Positions 52,367 through 64,000 of a stretch of DNA of 64,000 nucleotides are shown here, in pieces. Position 1 is the stretch's first letter. Each line of letters starts with the position of its first letter. Source of the stretch: Camelus dromedarius (lineage: Eukaryota); contig NC_087438.1 in NCBI RefSeq assembly GCF_036321535.1, positions 9,922,001 through 9,986,000 of the forward strand. Direction: 5' to 3'. A program made the position numbers and the translations under genes. The notes beneath the pieces were generated by a model. That model was not told where the DNA came from, did no database searches, and saw nothing but the letters and a program-made list of their open reading frames with translations.

Positions 52367-52918
52367 ACATGGAAGCAACCTAAATGTCCACTGACAGATG
52401 ATTGAGTAAAGAGGCTGTGATATATTTATACAATGGAATACTACTCAGCAATAAAAAAGAATAAAATAATGCCATTTGCAGCAACAGGGATGGACCTAGA
52501 AATTATCATACTAAGTGAATTAAGTCAGACAGAGAAAGACAAATAGCATATGATATCACTTATATGAGGAATCTAAAAAAGTGACACAAATAAACTTATT
52601 TACAAAACAGAAACAGACTCACAGACATAGAAAACAAATTTATGGTTACCAAAGGGGAAAGGGGGATAAATAAGGAGTTTGGGATTGGCAGATACAAACT
52701 ACTATATACAGAATAAACAACAAGGTCCTACTGTATAGCACAGGGAACTATATCCAACATCTTGTAAATCGCTTCTCGGCCTTTTGGCTAAGATCAAGTG
52801 CAACATCTTGTAATAACCTAGAATGCAAAAGAATATATATACATACGTATAACTGAATCACTATGCTGTACACCAGAAACTAACACAACATTATAAATCA
52901 ACTATACTTCAATTTAAA
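52367..52918 (+). mobile_element. L1 3' end, interrupted by the U2 retrocopy
   Basis: acatggaagcaacctaaatgtcca...actatacttcaat; TSD aaaa(g/a)cttttaaaaatca at about 52349-52366 and 52919-52936. Confidence 0.9.
52768..52800 (+). pseudogene. 3'-truncated (tailless) U2 snRNA retropseudogene, U2 nt 1-33
   Basis: ATCGCTTCTCGGCCTTTTGGCTAAGATCAAGTG is the 5' end of U2 snRNA, flanked by the perfect direct repeat CAACATCTTGTAA (52755-52767 and 52801-52813). Confidence 0.93.
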
Positions 52919-54917
52919 AAAAACTTTTAAAAATCACATAATGCCATTAAAATTGTAGTATTAAAAGAAATTTTTAAACAGAAAAGTGTAAACTGACAAA
53001 AAAATAGATAACAAAAGGAAAAGTGTAAGCTGACAGAAAAATAGGTAACATTGAAATGTCTAATACCGAAAAAATCAACTGCAGGAATCCAGAATCATAC
53101 AAAGAAAATGTCTGAAATAAGAGGCTCTTAAATTTTTTTCTGAATGCTTCGTGCTGGCAGCTGCCCCTCTCAGAGCAGTCGGCGTCAAGGGGCCGCGTCC
53201 ACCTCTCTTCCCTAAGCAAGTCTGGACTTCGCCTCTCCAGGGCATGCCTCGACCTGACTGGCACGAAAGTCATTTTTTTTTTCAAACCAAGTAAAAGAAA
53301 ACCAACGTGTGAAAAATGGGGGCGGGGGGAGGCAGAATCCCCAAGCTGAAAGGATGGCAAATCTTAAATATGCATTCAGATTCTGTAAGTTTGTCTTCTT
53401 CAAGACCAAGGGCTGAAAGCTAACCAGTGACATCATTCTGCTGCAAAAACCAAGCAGCCAGGTGGGCAGCGGCTGCTCTGCTCGGCTCTGTGCAAGGAGG
53501 GAAAGTGCCAACCTGAATGGGTCCCTTTCTAGACACATGCTCTTCAGGTTGACCAGACCTGGGGGCTCAGGCTGGGGTTCAAGGAAGAGGAAGGAAAAAG
53601 GGAGAGGAGGGGGTTGGGGGGAAGAAACCTGGAGGATCAAGGAAGAGCCATGAGAGGGAGGAGGGGGAGGCAAGACAGAAAGAGATGGGTGGGGAGGGGG
53701 GCCGTTTCATTTTTCTACAACTGGGGTTCACGTGTCGAGGAAGGGGACCCAAACAAAGGTTGAAACTCATGAAGCCTCAAACCAAAAAGAGCACTATTTC
53801 TTTCTTGTCCTCTGTCCCTAAGTGAGGACTTCAGGCAAAAATCATCTACAGAACGGATGCCTGGGTCTTTATCTCTTCAAAACCTGATCAGGGAGAAACT
53901 TTGCAAAGAACTTTGAGTGTCCCATGTAACAAGCAGTCACCCAAATCCTTTCTTCCCCGGCAGTCCCCTCCAGCACACAGAGCAGGAACACGCAGACCTC
54001 GTTAGAAAGTAATCTTAATATAAAGAAAGCAAGTGCCATTTAGGCCAGGAACACCCAAGCCCCAGCAGCGGCAGTGGTGTCACAGAACCCCAAGGAGTGT
54101 GACAGAAGTTCACTGGCCCGTTCAGCTCCCAGAATATCCAGCCTCCAGGAAACAGGTGTTGTTTAAATAGTCAAGGACTGAACTGTTTCCAGATCACTGT
54201 CCCTGGGAGCTCTCTGCTCCACTCCACGGGGCCAGTGGTTGTCTGGTGGTTCCTACTTGAGTTACAGGAAACAGGAATTGCTGAGCTCAAATGAACAGCT
54301 TCGAAGAGCCTTCAGAGAACATCCTTAAACCCCAATGTTCTGCACATGCTGACTGATTACCGCCCGCCACAAACACACTAATCCCACCGTGTACCCCAGA
54401 CCCCAACCCAAAAAGTCCACCTATTCCCAGATTACCCACAAAATTGTACACGGTGTACTTAAGAAATTCAGAGAAGGATGGAGATAAAGGTAAGAATGAA
54501 GGAAAATCTATGGTAGCTCTTTGCAGAATGTTTGTGTCACTGTTCCAAAAGATCATTTGCACCTCAGCTTTGCTCTTAAGCCCAAAACAGATGAACACTT
54601 TAACCTAATGTCTTTATATTGATTCATTTACCGGTGACGTACTGGACCCTGTTTTGTCTCATTTTAGTGCCGGTGGCCTAACAACTTGACTTTAAACCTC
54701 TATTTTTTTAGAAATTTCACTGCAAGAATATACCTGTATATTCGGGGGATTCCCTCATAACGGAGCTGTACTTACATAACATACTTAATGAAGAACCACC
54801 AAGTTATTGGTACCCTACTCTCATCTAACGTTATTTCCCAATACTAAAAAGAGATCCAAAAGGTAAGAATACAACATTAGCCATTTTTAAGTCTTTATAG
54901 TAAGATTTAAAATATTA

Positions 54918-55896
54918 CACAACTTAATAACAACAACAACAAAAACCAATCCAAAAATGGGCAGAACTTAACAAGCATTTCTCCAGTGAAGACATACAGA
55001 TGGCCAATAGGCACATGAAAAAATGTTCAAAATTGCTAATTATCAGAGAAATGCAAATCAGAACTACAGTGAGGTATCACCAGTCAGAATGGCCATCATT
55101 AAAAAGTCCACAAACAATAAATGCTGAAGAGGGTGTGAAGAAAAGGGAACCCTCCTACACTGCTGGTGGGAATGTAGTTTGGTACAGCCGTTATGGAAAA
55201 CAGTATAGAGAGGCCTCAAAAAACTAGACTTACCATATGATCCAGCAATCCCACTCCTGGGCGTATATCCTGAGGGAACTCTAATTTGAAAAGATACTTG
55301 CACCCCAATGTTCATAGCAGCACTATATACAATAGCCAAGACGTGGAAACAACCTAAATGTCCATCAACAGATGACTGGATAAAGAAGTTGTGGTATATT
55401 TATACAATGGAATACTACTCAGCTATAAAAAAAGAATAAAATAATGCCATTTGCAGCAATATGGATGTATCTGGAGATTGTCATTCTAAGTGAAGTAAGC
55501 TAGAAAGAGAAAGAAAAAATGCCATAAGATATCACTTATATGTGAAATATTTTTTAAACAGAAAAGAAAAGAAGACACTAGTGAATTTATCTATAAAACA
55601 GAAACAGACTCACACAGACATAGTAAACCAACTCATGGTTACCAGTGGGAATGGGAGTGGTAAGAGATAAATTGGGAGTTTCAAATTTGCAACTACTAAC
55701 TACTGTGTATAAAACAGATAAACAAGTTTCTACTGTGTAGCACAGGGAACTTGTAGTAACCTATAATGAAAAAGAATGTGAAAAGGGACATATGTATGTA
55801 TATGCATGACTGGGACACTATCCTGTACACCAGAAATTGACACATTGTAACTGACTGTACTTCAATAAAAATAAATATTTTAAAAATAAATAAAAA
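54918..55896 (+). mobile_element. L1 ORF2 C-terminus and 3'UTR (~1 kb)
   Basis: ORF 55000-55227 [27 protein letters not shown] matches the L1 ORF2p Cys-rich region, frameshifted; candidate TSD taaaatatta. Confidence 0.92.
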
Positions 55897-58451
55897 TAAA
55901 ATATTAGCTCACTGGGTATATACTGACATACAGTTTCTGAAACATAACTAAAACTCCCAGGGTGAACCTTAGCCTCTCCTAAACGAACTATCACTACGGC
56001 AGCCACTGGGTAACGACCCGATTCCATCTTCAGCTGCCTTCATTATCCCAGAAACACCAAAGCTCTTTTTCTGAGAAGTGGAAATCTATTTCTGTTACTC
56101 ATTAACACCCTTACAGCACATGTAAGCCAATGAAAAAGCAATGAGAAGTCACAGGCACGGGGTCTGATCAATGTCCTCCATGACGAGCCAGTGGGCACCC
56201 AATTTTTCCCTCAGTGGTACCGGCGTACACGTGCTTAGCTTTAAAATGGAGAATCTAGAATTCTAACAAAGATACAATTAGGTCCCAAAGTCATTATGAA
56301 GTTAATGAACAAATATAACCACGATGCAGATGCTACAACAATTCCAGAAGTTAAACAGCCTGTGTTTTTCTTCCGCTCTCTGAATGTCCTCTGTAAGCAG
56401 GTGGAACATATTTTCAAGGTAAGTGAGGTGACCAGGAGGCAGTTCTCGTTTTTAAGTTTCTAGGTTTCCACAAGCCTGAGAAGGGGGTACTGAATACCCA
56501 AGAGTTCCGAGATTAATTTTCTTGGCAAAAAGAAAATCAAATATTCCACCCATTCTATGATCAACTGTAAAGGGAACAAAATAGAGATTACATAGAATTT
56601 GGTCTCATGAAAAGACTATTCAGTTAATAAACCTTTTTAATTCCCTAGTACACTTAGCATGGGGCTAGATACATACAGACATCGATGTTTCCGCTAATAG
56701 CATAAGGGCACAGAAAAAATGAATCCTATCATCCTCAAAAAAGGTTTGAAAATCTTAAGCATGGCCACAGAAAGAAACCTGCTTCATGGGTGGTTCTGGA
56801 ATCAGCTTCACTAATTTACAGTCACACCCCGGGGCAGCGGGATACCCGGAGAGACTACGATGCACTAGCCTCTAGAGGCTAGAAGAACCTGGCCCGAGCA
56901 CCCACTCCATGCCTTTCCAAGACTTCACTGGACCCTCAAGGGGCTGAAAGGCTCAAGGTCACCTCCAGTTCTGACTTCTTCCTCTGGGGGTCCACGTGTA
57001 CCACACAGCCCAGTGCTCAAATTCCAGGAAACAATGAAGTAGCATGTGAATACAATGGACCCCTCAGAGCAAAAGGGGGAATACAGTTTCCAAATGAAAG
57101 GCAGGCATCCCCACTCTCGGGCTCCCTGCTCATCCCTCGCCTGGGGTGGGGGGGGGGGGTCCCACCACGACTGTTCCACCACACTTGTCCCAGCCTCCAT
57201 CTCCAGGCATCCCCCAGCCTTGCTGCCTAGGGCATCCATCTCTCCGCCACCCCTTACCCACCCAGACAGTGAACTTGCTGTAAGCTATTCTCCTGGGTTG
57301 TTCTGACTTTGCCCGCAGATCTCTTCTCCGATCTCTAGTGACTTAACAGGAGTTTGTTTGCTTTTCCCAAAGACAATTTCCTCACTCAAAAGGAATTCTG
57401 CCATTGATATAATGAATTATGTGCACTGACCTTCCTGGAAAACTACTATCATCAATTCTATAATGGCTGAAACAGTAGGAGACATTAAAGAAATGCAGAC
57501 CTTTCAAATCATCACTGTAAGACGCTTCAGCGAAATAGTCACACCATAAACAAAGACGGCAGAGTAGAATCCTGTTGTAAGATGACTCACTCCACATCAC
57601 AAGTGTGAAAAGATACCTAACCCAGACACAACAGCTATGTATAATCAAAGCCCACTGTGACGTGGAAAATAGGTTAACCGTTCTTCTGCGTTTTTACTAT
57701 AAAGGAGCCACCATAGGACTCACAGTCTCCTCCACTTACAGGCTTCGATGGAAAAGGAGGCATAAGAGGAAGGTCCTCAACTTGAGAGCTCTTTGCCCAG
57801 CTCTGCCTCTTTGCTCCCAGACTGCTGCTCACCTAATCCGTCTGTCTGCTGCCATTACCACATTTGCCTGTAGCATCTCTTCCTCCTGTGTGGCTAGCTG
57901 CTCGCCTCCTTAGGTTCACTCGGAACTGCTGTGCGAGTTCACGGCCACAATCCATCTTCAGCAGCATCTGTCCATCACCATGAGTGGCAGCAAACTTGGA
58001 ATGATGCAGTCAGGCTGACCACGTTCCAGGAACTCCCAGACACAAGCTCATCATCTGCAAGTGGCTGATGGAGGCCAGTTTGAGGCTTTGCCCCACATTG
58101 ACCCCCCTGCAGTGTTCAGGCCACAATAAGCACCTGCATTTTGTACTGAGTCGGTTTTCATTTTAACTTGTCTGGGATTTTCAGCAGCATTTGACATGCT
58201 GGTCTTCCCAATGAGATGGTTAAATCTTTTTGAGGACAAAGACCCATACCTTCGGTCTCTTTCAAGTCTCACACATCGCCTTGTAGAGCATCTACTACCA
58301 AAGCCAGCCAGAGGGAAAATCGTGCTGAAGGCAAAATTAGCCGCTGGTTCCTTTCTTCCTTCCTTCCACCCCCTTTCTCCTTCTCCCCTCCCATCCTTTC
58401 AGAGCCAAGATCTCCCAAGCCACCCACAAAAGCACTTACTTAAGCCAATGG

Positions 58452-59584
58452 TGGGGGTGGATCTTGATTAAGTGGGTCTGAGGTTTATGCAAATCGGGAG
58501 TCCCACATTAAGAAATAAAACACAGAATTATAGACACAAAGTTAGGCATTAAAGTGAATATTTAACTAGAAAGAAAAAACAAAATAGAAAAAAATTACAA
58601 TTTTTTTTAAAGCTGGCAACACAAAAGCCAGGAAATAAATAACAGAATATTTGTATTAACTTCCTGGAAGACTTCTATGTCAAATAGATACGCATATAGA
58701 GAAATATACCTGTGGTTTTGGCTGCAAACTCTCTGTCTCCTCTTATACAACTTTGCAGTATTTTCCATAGAACGAAGACAAAGATAATCTAACCCTTCCA
58801 CCAGGAGGGTTGATAGAAATTTGTCTTTTATTATGGAGAGGTGGGATGCTCAAAACATGTAAGTTCCCAAACAAACGCTATTTACAGTACAGTTTACAGA
58901 TATGTACCCTACCAACATGGGGTTTTGATCACTTCTATTTTGCACAATTCCCATCATAAAAGAAAAAAATGTATAGTGTGTTTATAATTGCATTATTACA
59001 TTATGAAGAGCAGTCATGACAGAACAGAATGTACATTTTTGGGTGTACACGGATGAGAACCAAATCCTCTCCACTGTGGGCACTTTTGATCATTAAAAGT
59101 GTTTCCCTAGACTAGCTTCTGGCTCATCCATTTCAAACCTAGTCTCTCCTCCAAGGACCACATCCTTCCATGCTGGGCACCATAAAACACTTTCACATTC
59201 ATGTGACCTCAGCCCTGGACCTTTAGGTCCCGACTTAGCAGAAGGAATGACTGTAGTGGAGACACACAGCAAAATGTATCCGTGCCATCACTTTAACATA
59301 ACCCCAAACCCCATAGGAAATGTCTTCTCCACTCAGCTTCCCCTGAGCTGGATCTTAAAAATGCCTGTGGCCATTCCAACTCAACCCAAGAATAGGGGAA
59401 CTTAATGAAGGTGAAGTTAAAGTGGAAAGAGACAAACATGATTCTTCACCCACTGCCCTTAAGATACCTCACTTCTGCCAATTGTACAAACACACACCTC
59501 CATTGAGCTCATTGCTTGGCCCGTCCCATGAAAGTAGGGAACCTGGAACCTAATCTTCGTTAGTTTCTCTGGGAGCCACCCCTA
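58452..59584. mobile_element. Old hAT element with MER53-like ends (~1.1 kb)
   Basis: Left end ggggtggatct...gaggtttatgcaaat; right end cttcgttagtttc...gccacccct (ggggtgg/ccacccc inverted). Confidence 0.4.
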
Positions 59585-59981
59585 GACCATCCTCTCTGCG
59601 TGGGGAACATGAATAACACCTGTTAAGTAGGTGCCTTCTCTCACACTGTATTTCACATCCACTAGCTCATTTCATCCTAACCATCACTTTGTGAGGAAGG
59701 TAACATTTCCATCTTATAGATGAAAACACTGAGGTGCAAAGAAGTTTCTCAGAGGACATCCAAAGTACTACTGACATGATTGCTTCCAGGGAGGAAACGA
59801 GCAAGCAGGGCTGGGATAAAGACATGCTTTGAACTGTACACTCTTTTATGTTATTCGAGGGTTTTTTTTTCCTTTTTTTTTTCTGTGATCATTAACTACT
59901 TTTTAAATTTAAAACTATAAATTTTAAAGAATAAGAATTCATACTAAGAGGGAAATTACTAATAGATTGATGCATTTTATC

Positions 59982-60635
59982 ACTGCTTTATGTTAAATCA
60001 TGTCCCCCCAAAAAAAGATTATGTTGAAGACTTAGCCCCCCCAATACCTCAGGACATGACCTTATTTGGGTATAGAGTCCTTGCAAATTGAACCAAGTTA
60101 AGATGACATCATTGGGATGGTCCCTAGTCCAATAAAGCTGGTGTCCTTATGCAAGGTGGGCATTCTTCCCATTGAGTGGTGGGGTCTCTCCCCTCAAAAT
60201 GAGGAGGGAGGAAGTCGTGACTGTTTGACCAGCAGATCACAGCAGAGGTAGCTTCTGTGTTTAGGTCGTAAACGTGACGCTGGTTCTGCCTTGTGTTCCA
60301 GAATACTCGTTCTCACAAGCTTTCTACCACCGTGAAAGCAGCCAACTGTCCTGAGGCCACTTTGCTGTGAGGAAGCCCATCCAGAGAGACCCACCACGTG
60401 GAACCACGTCTCAGACCGGCTGTGTCTGATCTGCTACACAGGAGGAGAGAGAGATGCCTGTCCAGCCTCAGCTACTCCGGCCCCTCAGGCCACAGAGGAG
60501 ACCCTCAAGCCAGAACCACCAGCTCAGCCTGTTCCTGGCTTCCTGATCCATGGAAACTGGAAGAGTAATACAGTGATTGCTGTTCTTTTAAGCAACTAAG
60601 TTTGGGAGAGATCTGATGTGCAGCCATGATAACCT
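59982..60635 (+). mobile_element. MaLR LTR(s) (MLT1-type, possibly two joined fragments)
   Basis: acctcaggacatgaccttatttggg...ttaagatgacatcat; tttaagcaactaagtttggg...gcagccatgataac. Confidence 0.65.
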
Positions 60636-61511
60636 CCCATTTTCCAGAACTTCCTCTCTCATTAGAAAGGAAATGCAGCTAATATTGCTGCTTAGTGCCT
60701 GTCTAAACATCATTTTTTGTGAAATAGGGATGTTAAATCTAAGTGAAGGTTTCTCCTGGCCCAGCTGTTGCTTGTCTGAATGGTAACAACCACCTTTCTG
60801 CTAAGTCGGCTTAGTTCCCAGCACGGTCCCTGACACTTAGTTAACTCTCTTTTGGGAAAGCTGACAGAGTCAGCGATGATTCCTCCCTCTGGGCAAGGCC
60901 TTGCTTTGCTTCTTTAATGAGCAATAACACGGGTACTTCAGGACACTAGTGCATCATAAGTTCTTTTATTCTTTACCCCCAATAAGCTAAACAATGTTCA
61001 GAAGTGGCTCACACAGCTTTCAGCCCTCCAAGAGTAAAATGTTTTATTTTTTCCAATATTCAAGCAATCAAAGGAAGTCCATGACCTCTCCCTTGGGGAT
61101 GGACACAGGGGGCTTTGCCCCCATCCCACAGCCGAGGCTTGTTGGCTCAACCTGCAGGCTGCTTCAAGCAAGACGGACATTCTGACTCTTCCTATTATCT
61201 CCCCGGGGGCAAAAATATTGGCCATGGGATCCGATCGTAACTCTTCTACCCGAGCTGGGGTAGGAACAGTGGCAGGCTTCCTTTAAATGACCTTCCTAAA
61301 ATAACATAAACCTGGGGCAGACCTAAACTTTGTCAGGAATCTGACAAACATCACATGTTCTCTCTCCTTTCTCAATATGTACAATCCACCTCCGGCAAGA
61401 CAGGCCCAAGTTATTTACACAAGTTGCTCAAAAACAGTAGGCAGTGGTCACGATTTATTGATCTCATTTGGTCCCCAAAGAAAAGAGGAGAATAGCCATT
61501 AATTGTGTGGT

Positions 61512-62137
61512 TGTAACTACGCAGGTCCCTATGGGGCTTTCCCAGAACAGACCCCTGCAACCCACTGCCATGTCCTCCACCTACCTCTTGTTTGTAGAAA
61601 AACTTTAGCCTCCTAAAGAGTTTCAAAGAGTCAATTTAATCAGAGAAGTGAGAAAATGCAGAAGAGAAAATAGCCAAGTAAAATAAAATAATAGTTTAGC
61701 CATTAAACAAAGTCAAGGACCTTTAGTTCCTCCTCAAGGGCTACAGATAACATTCTAAGCCATAGGCTTTGAGCTGTTTTGCAGATACTAAAACCCTCAC
61801 TAGGTGGAAAACGTTAACTGTATGCCGACCATAAGCACAGAGACCCCAGACCAGGTGGAACCAGGAGGCTGACAGTGTTGACTCCTGATGACCTCACCAC
61901 CAACCAATCAGAATATCCACGAATGGTCACACACTCTACAGCCCCCCTCCCTCACCCCATCTTTAAAAATCTTTCCCTAAAAGCCTTCAGGGAGTTCAGG
62001 CCTTTTAAGCACTAGCTATCTGGACTCATTGCTTGGTGCCCTGCAATAAACGCCGCACTTTCCCTCACGACAACCCAGGGTCAGTAGATTGGCTTTACTG
62101 TGTGCAGGTAAGCGGACCCAAGTTTGGCTCAGGAACA
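61512..62137 (+). mobile_element. ERV1-type solo LTR
   Basis: TGTAAC...GAACA termini, caaccaatcagaa CCAAT box, AATAAA at about 62045, 4-bp flanks tggt/tagt. Confidence 0.8.
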
Positions 62138-62217
62138 TAGTGAGTGTAGGGGGAACCTGAAAATCATAAAGAGGAATTTGAGAAAAGGGTCTGCCAGAAA
62201 GCATGAGATATATATTG

Positions 62218-62382
62218 TAGGAGGAGGAAAGGAAAGGAGGGAGAAAAAGAGGAACAAGGGAGGGGGAAGGAGGCAGAAATGAGGGAAGAGGAAGAAAAGC
62301 AGGAATGAAGAGAGAACAGAGGGAAGGAGGGAAGAAGGGAGGGGGAGGGAGGGAAGGAAAGATGGAGAAAGAAAAGAAAGGG
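62218..62382. repeat. Polypurine (GA-rich) low-complexity tract
   Basis: About 160 nt that is almost entirely G/A. Confidence 0.85.
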
Positions 62383-63161
62383 TCATATTCCCCAGAGCAC
62401 TTCCACCACTAAACAAAGTAGGTGTTTTAAATAAGTGTTTTTTTGAATTGAACTGAACTGCTCAAGTATCCTCCAATTCATCTTTCCTACCTCAGACTCA
62501 CTCTTGAAGCATTTTCTCTAGAGAGGATTTGATACAGAAAGAAAGTGTTCATTCAGATCCCAACCAATAAACCACATGTGAGACCTGGCTACGCGGTGGA
62601 CCTGGCCCTGAGGGGAAGGGACACACTGATCCAGGTCTTGAATGCTGAACTCCTGCCAGCAGTGCCATTCAATACCCTGGGAAACCCACGTATTCCTGAT
62701 AGGCAACTTACTCTTGAGTTGAAGCTATTGGGTTTTGTTCATAAACAAAGTCATAAGTGAGCAGTTGTTCCGCCCTCTTTTTGTATATTTGTCAAAAGTA
62801 AAGGCTACAAGGAGTAAAGCCAAATGCAAACAGCAGAGAGGTATAAATAAACAGCCAGGGGGCTCTGTGCCAGGAAAGAGCTTAGCATGACTAAAGAAGA
62901 AAACGTAACAGGTACACTTCCTCCTGACATTTCTCAGGCAGCAGGAACCAATTCCTCGAAATAGCCATATTCACAGCAGCCTTGTTCTAACGCTACACTA
63001 GCCTCAGGCAAGGGAGAAGGGCAGGGGGCTGGGGTGTCCTCTTGCCTCCCCAGGGAACTGAAAGCTCTGCAGAGTCACATTCCCCAGCTGTAACAACTCA
63101 TATGCTTCAGTGTCCACTTGTTTCTATTTTTCCTAAATAATGTAACTGCAGAAATCCATAT

Positions 63162-63780
63162 TGAAACTGAGTAGAACCTTGTAGGACCCTCCGGGGTACA
63201 AAAGCCCCTCCGTGTCTCCCCTCTCTTGTTTGTAGAAAAGGTTTTAGGACTTCCCTGAGTTTCAAAGAGCAGACTTAAATAGTTACTAATCAGGGAAGTG
63301 AACAAATACAGAAACAGAGGAAAAGAAGCCAAGAAAGAAAAGTAATGATAAGTTAAACAGAGTCCTGTTCCTCCTCAAGGGATATGCATAACCATCTGAC
63401 ACATATCTTTGAGCTGTTCTGCAGGAACTAAGACCCCCACCCAGGTGGAGGATGGTGACTACATGCTGATCACAAGCACTTACCCTCAACAGTTTGGAAC
63501 CAGAAGGTTGATGATTAAGATTCCCAAGAAACAGCACCATTACCTCTCCACCAACCAATCAGAAGCAAGTCCACGAGCTGCAGTCCTCACCCTAAACGCT
63601 GCCTTTAAAAACTCTTCCCTGAAAGCCATCGGGAGTCCAGGTCTTTTGAGCATGAGCTGCCCATTCTCCTTGCTTGGTGCTCTGCAAATGAACGCTGTAC
63701 TTTCCTTCCCCACAGCCCAGTGTCAGTAGATTGGTTTTGCTATGTAGTGGGTGAGCAGACCCACGTTCAGTTCAGTAACA
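63162..63780 (+). mobile_element. ERV1-type solo LTR related to 61512-62137
   Basis: TGAAAC...TAACA termini; shares ctcttgtttgtagaaaa, gttcctcctcaaggg, caccaaccaatcagaa and cagtagattgg; flanks atat/gtat. Confidence 0.8.
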
Positions 63781-64000
63781 GTATCTGCAGCATTGATGAT
63801 AAATTACTATGGCCACTAAAACCCCTTCCGCATCAGCCTTGGATTAGGGGCAATAAACCGCCACTGATGAGGGCTAGGAAAACAATCCCCTGTGGAAAAC
63901 AGTACTGAGCCCCAACAGTGTCTCGTTCTTACTGCTCTTCCCATCGATCTGGGCATGCTCACTTACCACCTTCTAGTTCCAATTTATGTAAAAGAGGCTG

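Noticed and set aside
52768..52800. Functional U2 gene, or target remnant of a U2-specific retrotransposon
   Set aside because: Only 33 nt with no Sm site or snRNA promoter; the TSD brackets the U2 piece itself, so U2 is the insert.
55000..55227. Active L1 ORF2
   Set aside because: 5'-truncated fragment with a deletion/frameshift after ...VRYH.
61512..63780. Single provirus with two LTRs
   Set aside because: No primer-binding site after the first LTR, no gag/pol/env, LTRs diverged, separate flanking duplications.
25400..64000. A second gene or a distal alternative DNAH5 first exon
   Set aside because: No exon chain, recognisable protein or CpG island seen. A very short or non-coding exon cannot be excluded without RNA data.

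Overview
Mammalian nuclear DNA, most likely a camelid, since it carries eight copies of a tRNA-Ala-derived, Vic-1-like SINE. Positions 1-25396 hold the 5' end of DNAH5 (axonemal outer-arm dynein heavy chain 5) on the minus strand. Exons 1-9 are complete (57+135+85+161+222+138+177+114+108 = 1197 nt, 399 codons, one open frame, all introns GT-AG), and the first 10 nt of exon 10 sit at the window edge. The remaining ~38 kb upstream is non-coding and repeat-rich: L1 3' ends, SINEs, MaLR/ERV LTRs, old DNA transposons and microsatellites. Nearly all short ORFs in the supplied track are spurious. I found no convincing new multi-gene system. The best second-look items are a 33-nt tailless U2 snRNA retrocopy with a perfect 13-bp TSD nested in an L1/SINE stack (52.1-52.9 kb), RFX X-box and forkhead motifs at the promoter, in intron 1 and in a distal cluster at 50.5 kb, two CTCF-like sites, a G4/Z-DNA junction and two tandem duplications. 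Exon numbering, repeat family names and motif consensuses come from memory, not from database searches. Boundaries of old repeats are approximate.
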